From positions 53,759 through 117,758 of the forward strand of contig CAUZDY010000004.1 in the NCBI GenBank assembly GCA_963578805.1: a DNA stretch of 64,000 bases, written 5' to 3'. How positions within the stretch are numbered: the first letter of the stretch is position 1; each line of letters starts with the position of its first letter. Source of the DNA: Vicinamibacteria bacterium. Its GTDB lineage: Bacteria; Acidobacteriota; Vicinamibacteria; Vicinamibacterales; UBA8438. This document shows positions 1 to 7,340 of the stretch, one piece after another. The translations under genes and the position numbers were made by a program. Under the pieces are notes generated by a model that worked only from the letters and a program-made list of their open reading frames with translations, made no database searches and was not told the DNA's origin.

Positions 1-311
1 ATCCACCCGTGCTCAGGGCAGGCGTCGGCGTGAAGGAACAACAGCCAGCGCCCCGTGGCCAAGCGCGCGCCGTGGTTCATCTGACGACCGCGACCGGGAC
101 TACTCTCGGCCCACTCAACCGTGGGGAAACGGCTATGGAGAGAACGCACCGACGGGTCGTTAGAATCGCCGTTGACGACCACTACCTCGTAGGTTGCTAA
201 CCGATCCCCGCTTGGGTGTCGACCGGGTGCCAGCGTCTCGAGGAGAGACGCAAGCTCGGTGGTATCGTGCAAGACCGGAATTACAATCGAGACAAGTGGT
301 GTCGTCGTCAT
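1..311 (-). CDS. GT2-family glycosyltransferase (TIGR04283-like), 3' end outside window
   Basis: Not in ORF track. Manual translation from ATG at 311: MTTTPLVSIVIPVLHD...EVVVVNGDS...PGRGRQMNHGARLATGRWLLFLHAD, with GT2 'SIVIP', 'GR..QMN.GA' and 'LFLHAD' motifs. Confidence 0.85.
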   Translation of the reverse strand, partial: MTTTPLVSIVIPVLHDTTELASLLETLAPGRHPSGDRLATYEVVVVNGDSNDPSVRSLHSRFPTVEWAESSPGRGRQMNHGARLATGRWLLFLHADACPEHGW

Positions 312-330
312 CTCGAAACCGACTCACGTG

Positions 331-353
331 TCGTAACACGGACCGTGTTACGA
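331..353. repeat. Perfect inverted repeat (11-bp arms, 1-nt spacer)
   Basis: TCGTAACACGG-A-CCGTGTTACGA. Confidence 0.85.
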
Positions 354-1022
354 CCCCGGTGAGTTTAAACCGAGCCAGACCTCAGACTCCGACCATACAC
401 GGTCCAGGCTGGCTCCAAGCTGATGACCATCGTTTAGTATCACGAGCCGCACGTGAGGCCGAGACGACGCAAACCGTGCGACCATGTCGGGGTTAACGAC
501 ATCGTCGCTCGCCCCTTGCACGATCAATGTCGGCACCGTGTTCGTCGCGGAGAATGAGTCGTACTGGCTCGCATCGGCAAATAACTCGTAGTGCACTCGT
601 CGAACGTCACCGTAGGCGTAGTGTGTCATCTCAAGCCAGCCCGTTTCTCTCCAGTGCGCCAGTCCGTACGCTCCCAGTTTTGTTCGGCTGGTACCAAACT
701 CTAACGCCGGAGCCAACAGAATCAATTGCTTCAGTTGCTCCGGAGGCACGCCCTCGCCGCGCAAAGCCCGCTCCGCGAGATGTAGCGCCACAAACGCACC
801 AAGACTCGACCCGAACAGCACCACCGGCGCTGGAGGTAACTCCCCTACGACCATTTCCACTTGATCGATCATGCGACTCACGGTCAACGTCGAAAAGTCG
901 GGTTCGTTCAGATCGGGACAGTGCAGTGTCAGACCGCGATTAGCCAGGCGTTCGGACAGAAAACTAACCTTGTCCGACTGCGGGGATGACGCGAAGCCGT
1001 GTAGATAGATAAAATGCGCCAT
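348..1022 (-). CDS. YqiA/YcfP-family alpha/beta hydrolase (esterase)
   Basis: YLHGFASS oxyanion motif, GSSLG nucleophile elbow, D and GH catalytic residues. Start trimmed to MAHFIY. Confidence 0.9.
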   Translation of the reverse strand: MAHFIYLHGFASSPQSDKVSFLSERLANRGLTLHCPDLNEPDFSTLTVSRMIDQVEMVVGELPPAPVVLFGSSLGAFVALHLAERALRGEGVPPEQLKQLILLAPALEFGTSRTKLGAYGLAHWRETGWLEMTHYAYGDVRRVHYELFADASQYDSFSATNTVPTLIVQGASDDVVNPDMVARFASSRPHVRLVILNDGHQLGASLDRVWSESEVWLGLNSPGS

Positions 1023-1051
1023 CGGACAGCCATCATCCGGACTAGGTGTGC

Positions 1052-1480
1052 TCACAACATGTTTGGACACCCGGGCCGACATCGGCAGGGAATCTCACCT
1101 TCACCCTCAGTGTAATAGTTGTAGGTCAACTCCTCCCCCGCCTGAATGTGAAGACTCGCACAGATCAGAATAGTGTGACCGATGATCGTGCTGTAACAGT
1201 TCGGCCTGCAGGAGTGGTTGATAAACCGCGCATCGTTGCCTCCCACATGTGCATCGCGCGCCCAGCGTCGATTGATCCTAAAACACCAAATTTGACCCTT
1301 TCGAAGATACCGCTCCTCTCTTTTCTCGCTCTCGGGAATCGTTACCTTCTCACCAGTGTACTCAACGATGCGCTTGTTTTTACGAATTGGCTCGGCGGCA
1401 AAGACGCCCCACCCGTGCAATCGGGAGTGCCGCCGTTCGATGGTGGGAGGATTCTTGATCTGCGGGACCGGAATCTTCAT
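1052..1480 (-). CDS. SET-domain protein-lysine methyltransferase with post-SET cysteines
   Basis: HGWGVFA, RFINHSCRPN, ELTYNY, C-terminal CRCRPGC. Confidence 0.92.
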   Translation of the reverse strand: MKIPVPQIKNPPTIERRHSRLHGWGVFAAEPIRKNKRIVEYTGEKVTIPESEKREERYLRKGQIWCFRINRRWARDAHVGGNDARFINHSCRPNCYSTIIGHTILICASLHIQAGEELTYNYYTEGEGEIPCRCRPGCPNML

Positions 1481-1553
1481 AGACGGAAGGTGGCCGTGAT
1501 CGCAACGCCGGTCTCCGGCGTGCCAGAGTCAGTGGGGATTATAATCCGGGCCG

Positions 1554-1961
1554 ATGGCCGACTGGTGTCAAGAGCCTCCGCCGAGGCTGTTGCTGAGCGG
1601 TATCGCGCAGTTCAACCGGGGCGAGTTCTTCGCGCAGCATGAAACCCTGGAAGACCTGTGGCGCCAGGAACGTCGTGACGTGCGACGTCTCTATCAAGGC
1701 GTCTTACAGATCGGCGTTAGCCTGTACCACATACAGCGACAAAATCATCATGGGGCGGTGTACATGCTAACCCGGGGAACGAGCTACCTCCGCCCTTTCT
1801 CGCCGACGTGTCAGTCTGTCGATGTGGCAGATCTGCTGAGGCAAGCATCCAGGGTCCTGTCGGCAGTCCAACAGCTCGGCAAAGACAAACTCGAGCAGTT
1901 CGATTGGTCCCTCGCCCCACAGGTACATCTCGTTGGTCTGCCACCCGTCGAACAGTCGTGA
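1554..1961 (+). CDS. DUF309 family protein
   Basis: FNRGEFFAQHETLEDLW...YQGVLQ motif; TATAAT 8 nt upstream of ATG. Confidence 0.85.
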   Translation: MADWCQEPPPRLLLSGIAQFNRGEFFAQHETLEDLWRQERRDVRRLYQGVLQIGVSLYHIQRQNHHGAVYMLTRGTSYLRPFSPTCQSVDVADLLRQASRVLSAVQQLGKDKLEQFDWSLAPQVHLVGLPPVEQS

Positions 1962-2037
1962 CGACTGCTATACTCGCACGATGCATCTGACATCCATACC
2001 GACCGGTCAGCCGAACCGATATCGTGAGTGACGTCAC

Positions 2038-2748
2038 GTGTCTTTACCCGGCTTCACTGACGACACCCTGTCCTTCCTTCGTCGACTAAAACGTCACAAC
2101 GAGCGCGACTGGTTTCGAGCACACCGCGATCAGTATGAAGCGCACGTCCGGGCACCTATGGAACGGGTCATAGAGCGGCTGGCGATGGACCTCCCCGCCT
2201 TCGCGCCAGACCTCGTCGCCAACCCGAAGGCCTCAATATACCGAATTCACAGAGACACTCGGTTTTCGCCAGACAAGACGCCGTTCAAGACCCACGTCTC
2301 AGCGGTGTTTCCTCACCGGCGATTGACGAAACATGGCGGCGCGAGCCTCTACTTCCACGTCGCCACCGACCACGTTATGATCGGGGCCGGAATCTATGCA
2401 CCCGAACCGCGTCAGCTGTATCAGCTGCGCCAGCATGTTTCAGCGAACCTGAACCGGTTCCGCGCCATTGTCAAGTCGCCCGCGTTCCTGCGTAGTTTCG
2501 GAGAGATCGGCGGCCAACGGTTAAAACGGACTCCCAAGGGATTTACTGCCGACGATCCGGCAGCGGATTACCTGAAGTTCCGTCAGTTCCTAGCCAGCAC
2601 GGAACGACCGCCTGGCTTTGCGACACGTCCTCGGTTCTACAGCTCGCTCAAGCGACTGTTCGAACACCTAGCGCCGTTCGTCAGGTTTCTGAACGAATCG
2701 CTGACCGATGGACGAAAGCGACACCTGGACCGGTTGTCTTCTGTCTGA
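2038..2748 (+). CDS. DUF2461 (TIGR02453) family protein
   Basis: N-terminal FL..L..HNERDWF and RIHRDTRFSPDKTPFK motifs. Confidence 0.9.
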   Translation: MSLPGFTDDTLSFLRRLKRHNERDWFRAHRDQYEAHVRAPMERVIERLAMDLPAFAPDLVANPKASIYRIHRDTRFSPDKTPFKTHVSAVFPHRRLTKHGGASLYFHVATDHVMIGAGIYAPEPRQLYQLRQHVSANLNRFRAIVKSPAFLRSFGEIGGQRLKRTPKGFTADDPAADYLKFRQFLASTERPPGFATRPRFYSSLKRLFEHLAPFVRFLNESLTDGRKRHLDRLSSV

Positions 2749-2793
2749 CCCCTCCGGTGTATCCAAGTCGCCACGTCCGATGTGGTCGAAACT

Positions 2794-2970
2794 CTACCCC
2801 CGCGCGTGACGCAGCACACCCTTTAGGTGCGGATACACGAACTCGATCCCTGGCGCCCGTAGCAGACGACGTGCCTGATGACTATCTCTCCGACAGACAA
2901 CCGTAGATCGGTCCAAACTAAACCAGGCGCCTCTGTCATCAGGACCTGCATCGTGTGTTCCCCTTATCAT
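2794..2970 (-). pseudogene. Possible C-terminal remnant of a TIGR01777/DUF1731 (YfcH-like) epimerase
   Basis: Manual translation ends ARRLLRAPGIEFVYPHLKGVLRHARG*, resembling the family tail 'P.RLL..GF.F.YP.L..ALR'. Confidence 0.4.
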
Positions 2971-3094
2971 GCGCCAAAGGTTGTCGTGGGAGTGAACGCG
3001 TCGTCACGCAGCACATCGACGCGATAAACATATCTGGGATACTCCAGCGGTGAGCAGCGCCGGCCAAATCTGTACGTACGTCAAACTTATGACG

Positions 3095-4063
3095 TTAGTG
3101 TGTGCCTTCTTGAAGCACAGTTGGAGAGGGTCCCCTGACGTCCCACACAATGCGCAACCAGGAAAGAAAAATGACCCCGTAGTGAGTGAAGTCTATCTCC
3201 CACCAATGGAACCCCTGACGCTCTGAGGCGGGGTATCGGTGGTGATTGTTGTGCCACCCTTCGCCCCCGGTGACAAGGGCCAGCAACAGGCTGTTCCGGC
3301 TCTCGTCATCGGTGGCGTACCGGCGTGTACCAAGGGTATGCCCGATCGAGTTGACCGCAAAGGTAACGTGATAGAGAACGGTCGTGCTGCAGAACAAGGC
3401 GACAACAACCAACTGCCAACCCGTTGTCCCAAGCGTAGGATAAGCCGTGGCAATCCACTCACCGAGAAAATACAGCGCAACGCCAAGGGTAACCGGGGCG
3501 ACGTAGTGATTCCGGTCGAGTAAAACAAGCTCCGGATACTTCACCAGATCGGGAACCCACTCCACCTTCGTCCGCTGATTCTTGGGACTCATGATCCACC
3601 CGACGTGAGCCCAAAAGAATCCCTTAACACCAGGCGGATGAACATCCTCCTCAGTATCGGAATGACGATGATGACTACGATGATGCCCCGCCCACCACAG
3701 TGGCCCCTTCTGCGCTGCGGTCGTTCCCAGCCAGGCCAGCACAAACTGAAAGACACGGGTCGTTCGAAACGTCTTATGGCAGAAGTATCGATGATACCCG
3801 GCCGTGAGCCCGAACATCCTGATTGCCAAGGTGAGAAAGCCGATCAACAGAGCTGTCGTACTCGCACCGGTCCACGCCACGGCCAGACAGGCTACGTGGA
3901 TGCCAATGAACGGCAGGCTGCGAAAAACGTCGATGGTAGCGAAACTGCTCCGGGTCAAGGTAGTCGCGGTAGGCGTGTTTGACAAAACTTCTCCCGTGCT
4001 GTTGAGGCTCAAGACAACCGCCCTAGATGCTATACGCCCCGGCCGACGTGGGGCGAGAGCCAA
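3095..4063 (-). CDS. Delta-9-type acyl-CoA/acyl-lipid desaturase
   Basis: Three His boxes HRYFCH, HRSHH, GEGWHNNHH plus TM segments; start uncertain. Confidence 0.93.
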   Translation of the reverse strand: MALAPRRPGRIASRAVVLSLNSTGEVLSNTPTATTLTRSSFATIDVFRSLPFIGIHVACLAVAWTGASTTALLIGFLTLAIRMFGLTAGYHRYFCHKTFRTTRVFQFVLAWLGTTAAQKGPLWWAGHHRSHHRHSDTEEDVHPPGVKGFFWAHVGWIMSPKNQRTKVEWVPDLVKYPELVLLDRNHYVAPVTLGVALYFLGEWIATAYPTLGTTGWQLVVVALFCSTTVLYHVTFAVNSIGHTLGTRRYATDDESRNSLLLALVTGGEGWHNNHHRYPASERQGFHWWEIDFTHYGVIFLSWLRIVWDVRGPSPTVLQEGTH

Positions 4064-4301
4064 GCTACTCGTGGTCGACAGCTGAACTCTCCGCTGACTC
4101 GGTCTTTGTGGATCCTAATGCATCCTTGGAACGACGACCGTCAAGCGCCATTTGCTGTGGCGCCACTCAGCCGCTTGGCACAGCGGGTCACCGTTAGGGC
4201 AAGATCTCCCGCTTCGCTCTACGAAGCACGAGGAGAGAAGATGCTGGAAGTCTTCGAGCAACGAACATCGCCGCTGGAATGCCTCCGCGAGTCAGCCGAT
4301 T

Positions 4302-6446
4302 CTACTTCAGTCCACGCCGTGCGAGGAGTGGTCCGATGTCGGGGCTAGCACCCCGAAAATCGAGGAATAACGTCATCGGCTCGCGACTGCCTCCCTTTGA
4401 AAGAAGCGCCCGCCGAAAATGGTCGCCGTTCCGCCGGGTGAGTCCGCCGTTCGCTTTAAACCACTCAACAGTATCAGCATCAAGTACCTCGCTCCATATG
4501 TAAGAGTAGTAGCCAGCTGAATAGCCACCGCTCCAAATATGGGAAAAGTAGGTACTGCGATACCGTGGCGGAACAGTCACGAGCGCAACGCCGGCAGCCT
4601 CAAGTGCGGCTGCTTCAAACGCCTCCACGTCTTCGGCACCAGGCACGTCGTCAACACCTAGCTGGTGCCAGGCTTGATCGAGCAGTGATGCGGCCAGATA
4701 CTCAGTTGTCGCAAACCCCTGGTTGAACGTTTCGGTTGCGAGCACCTTGGCGAGTAGCTCCCGTGGCATCGGCTCGCCGGTCTCGTGATGTATGGCGTAA
4801 TTCTTAAGTACCGCGGGCCACGTGGCCCACATTTCGTTCACTTGTGACGGGTATTCCACGAAATCTCTCGGCACAGATGTACCTGCAAAGTACGGGAACC
4901 GTACGTCTGAAAACAGACCGTGCAGAGCGTGTCCGAACTCGTGGAACATCGTCTCGACTTCATCGAAAGTCAGTAATGTCGGCTCCCCCTCTGGAGGTTT
5001 TGACACGTTTAAGTGATTAGCGATGACTGGCCTGGTTCCAAACAGTTGGGACTGCGAGACATACGAACTCATCCAGGCCCCACCGCGCTTGGATGGACGA
5101 GCGTAGTAGTCGGCAACAAAGAGACCCAACGGCGAACCATCGGCGTCAAAAACCTCCCAGATTCGCACGTCAGGATGGTAGACGGGCAATTCCCTACGTT
5201 CCTCGAAAGTTAACCCATAGAGACGGTTGGCCGCGAAAAACACACCGTTCTGGAGAACGTTGTCCATTTCGAGGTAGGGACGCAGCTCAAAAGCTTCAAA
5301 GTCGAATCGAGCCCCCCGCACCTTCTCGGAGTAGTAGGCCCAGTCCCACGCCTCGACGGCGATGCCATCACCTGCAGCGAACGACTGGAGGTCGGCCACC
5401 TCGCGCTCGGCGTTCGCAACCGCAGGCGCCACGAGACTAGCGAGCCGCGTGTTCACCGCGTCGACCGTCTGAGCTGTCTCCTCTTCAAGAACATAAGCCG
5501 CGTGGTTAGGGTACCCAAGCAGGGCTGCCCGTTCGGCGCGAAGGTGGGCTATCCGGCTGATGACTGCCCGATTGTCAAACTCACCACCCTGGCTGTTCCG
5601 CACCAGCGAGGCCCGCGTGATCCGTCGGCGCAGTGCGCGATTCTCCAACGATGACAACGCCGGCTGCCCACTGGTATTAAGCAGCGCCACGACGTACTTG
5701 CCTTCCAGGTCACTGACCTTGGCCGCCTCTGCGGCCGCCGCGATCTGATTGTCAGACAAGCCCGTGAGTTCCTCCCGGGTGTCGACGACGACCGTCGAAA
5801 CATTGACCTCGTCGAGGACGTTCTGACTAAACGTAGCTTGCAACGTGGCCAACTCAGCATTGATGACCTGCATGCGTGCCTTCTCTGACTCCGATAGCTC
5901 AGCGCCTGCCCTCACGAAGTCGGTGTAGTACTCCTCAATCAATCGATGCGACTCCTCGTCAGCGTCAAGCGTCTTGCGTTGAGCATGTAGTGTCTTGATC
6001 CGCTCGAAGAGGGCTGGATTCAGAAGAATCTGGTCGCGGTGCGCGGCGAGCCGTCGCGCAATCTCTGGGCGCATCTCGTTCATCGCGTCGTTTGTGTCCG
6101 CAGTCGCTAAAATAAAAAATGTCGTCGCGACACGGTCAAGTAGACGGCCCGATCGCTCCAACGCAACGAGGGTGTTCTCGATGCTTGGAGCGTCCGGCGT
6201 GCTCGTAATCACATTCGTTTCGTCCAGCTGTTCAGCGATTCCCCTCTCAAAAGCCGGGAGGTAGTGATCGGTATCGATTTGATTGAAGGGTGGTAGCTGG
6301 TGTAGCAACGAGCTTTCGACAAAGAATGGGTTCATCTTGTTTATCGGAACGCCGGCAGGGCGCATGCTTGGCTCAGACAACGTACAGGTAACCACCACCA
6401 GTGCCAGTCCCAACACGATCGGACTCACGAACGGCTTCATAGACAA
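4302..6446 (-). CDS. dcp: M3-family peptidyl-dipeptidase Dcp, with signal peptide
   Basis: HEFGHALH, RDFVEYPSQVNE, KRGGAWM, GYSAGYYSYIW. Confidence 0.93.
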   Translation of the reverse strand: MSMKPFVSPIVLGLALVVVTCTLSEPSMRPAGVPINKMNPFFVESSLLHQLPPFNQIDTDHYLPAFERGIAEQLDETNVITSTPDAPSIENTLVALERSGRLLDRVATTFFILATADTNDAMNEMRPEIARRLAAHRDQILLNPALFERIKTLHAQRKTLDADEESHRLIEEYYTDFVRAGAELSESEKARMQVINAELATLQATFSQNVLDEVNVSTVVVDTREELTGLSDNQIAAAAEAAKVSDLEGKYVVALLNTSGQPALSSLENRALRRRITRASLVRNSQGGEFDNRAVISRIAHLRAERAALLGYPNHAAYVLEEETAQTVDAVNTRLASLVAPAVANAEREVADLQSFAAGDGIAVEAWDWAYYSEKVRGARFDFEAFELRPYLEMDNVLQNGVFFAANRLYGLTFEERRELPVYHPDVRIWEVFDADGSPLGLFVADYYARPSKRGGAWMSSYVSQSQLFGTRPVIANHLNVSKPPEGEPTLLTFDEVETMFHEFGHALHGLFSDVRFPYFAGTSVPRDFVEYPSQVNEMWATWPAVLKNYAIHHETGEPMPRELLAKVLATETFNQGFATTEYLAASLLDQAWHQLGVDDVPGAEDVEAFEAAALEAAGVALVTVPPRYRSTYFSHIWSGGYSAGYYSYIWSEVLDADTVEWFKANGGLTRRNGDHFRRALLSKGGSREPMTLFLDFRGASPDIGPLLARRGLK

Positions 6447-6710
6447 TCGTTTTCGGAAACATTCGCCGGTGGAGGATAACCGAACGAGCAGCAGGACAGG
6501 TCCAGCCGTGGCATCGACTGCCTCGTTCAGGCGGCACTCCGTGCGCCCAAGGCGGCGGCAACACTAACCGAAGCGGTTGAAACCGGCGAGGCAATGGTAC
6601 CCGAAGCAGTCGTGTGGTGTTTGTGGAAGTCGGAATCGTAATGCTTCCTGATCGTGCCTACCCAGGGGTCGCTCTGCACCAGCGGCCGGCTAATACAGCC
6701 GTCCAGACCG

Positions 6711-7340
6711 TTAGTAGAAATCGTGGGACTCAACGTCTGGACCGGCCGTCCATAACCCTTGACACCGCCGGGCCTTGACTGAGGTCACGCCATCCTGGAT
6801 CTGTAAGCGTCCGTCGATCAGAAGGAACGGCTGCTCGAGAATGATCATTTTTTGCTCGGTAAAAAGTGGCGGTCGAATGATGACGTTTAAGAATCCGGTC
6901 TCATCTTCGAGCGTCAGAAAAACGAACCCTTTCGCCGTTCTAGGACGTTGCCTAGTAATGACGGCACCAGCTACGCGTACACGACGCCCATGTCGAACTC
7001 GGGGTAGATCGGCAGCACGTAGCACACCCCGCATCGCCAGCTCCTGACGCCGGAACGACATCGGATGAGGCCCAATCGTCAGACTTGTCCCCTTGTAATC
7101 AGCCACGACCCGTTCAACCGGAGTCATGGTTAGTAATGGTGAAGCTGCGGACTTCTCTCCTGACCCCTGGAAGAGCACCCCCGCTTTTTTTGCCGCCTTC
7201 TCGATCTGCCACAACGCGGCCCGGCGGTCATATCCAAACGTATTGAGCGCCCCAACCTCTGCCAGGGTCGCAAGCTCTTCACGATGCACACCCGTCCGCG
7301 CGATGAAGTCATCCAATGAACCGAACCGAGCTTCACTCAT
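6711..7340 (-). CDS. dnaE2: Error-prone DNA polymerase DnaE2, C-terminal part (second half of HhH, OB fold, terminal motif)
   Basis: F.SLDD..ARTG, OB-fold RQRPRTAKGFVFLTLEDETG, ends SHDFY (DnaE2 SRDF-type motif). ATG overlaps upstream TGA (ATGA), preceded by GGAGGT. Confidence 0.9.
   Translation of the reverse strand: MSEARFGSLDDFIARTGVHREELATLAEVGALNTFGYDRRAALWQIEKAAKKAGVLFQGSGEKSAASPLLTMTPVERVVADYKGTSLTIGPHPMSFRRQELAMRGVLRAADLPRVRHGRRVRVAGAVITRQRPRTAKGFVFLTLEDETGFLNVIIRPPLFTEQKMIILEQPFLLIDGRLQIQDGVTSVKARRCQGLWTAGPDVESHDFY

Noticed and set aside
2870-2945. Hammerhead ribozyme (CTGATGA on both strands)
   Set aside because: No correctly placed GAAA or stem arrangement; the motifs are arms of an inverted repeat.
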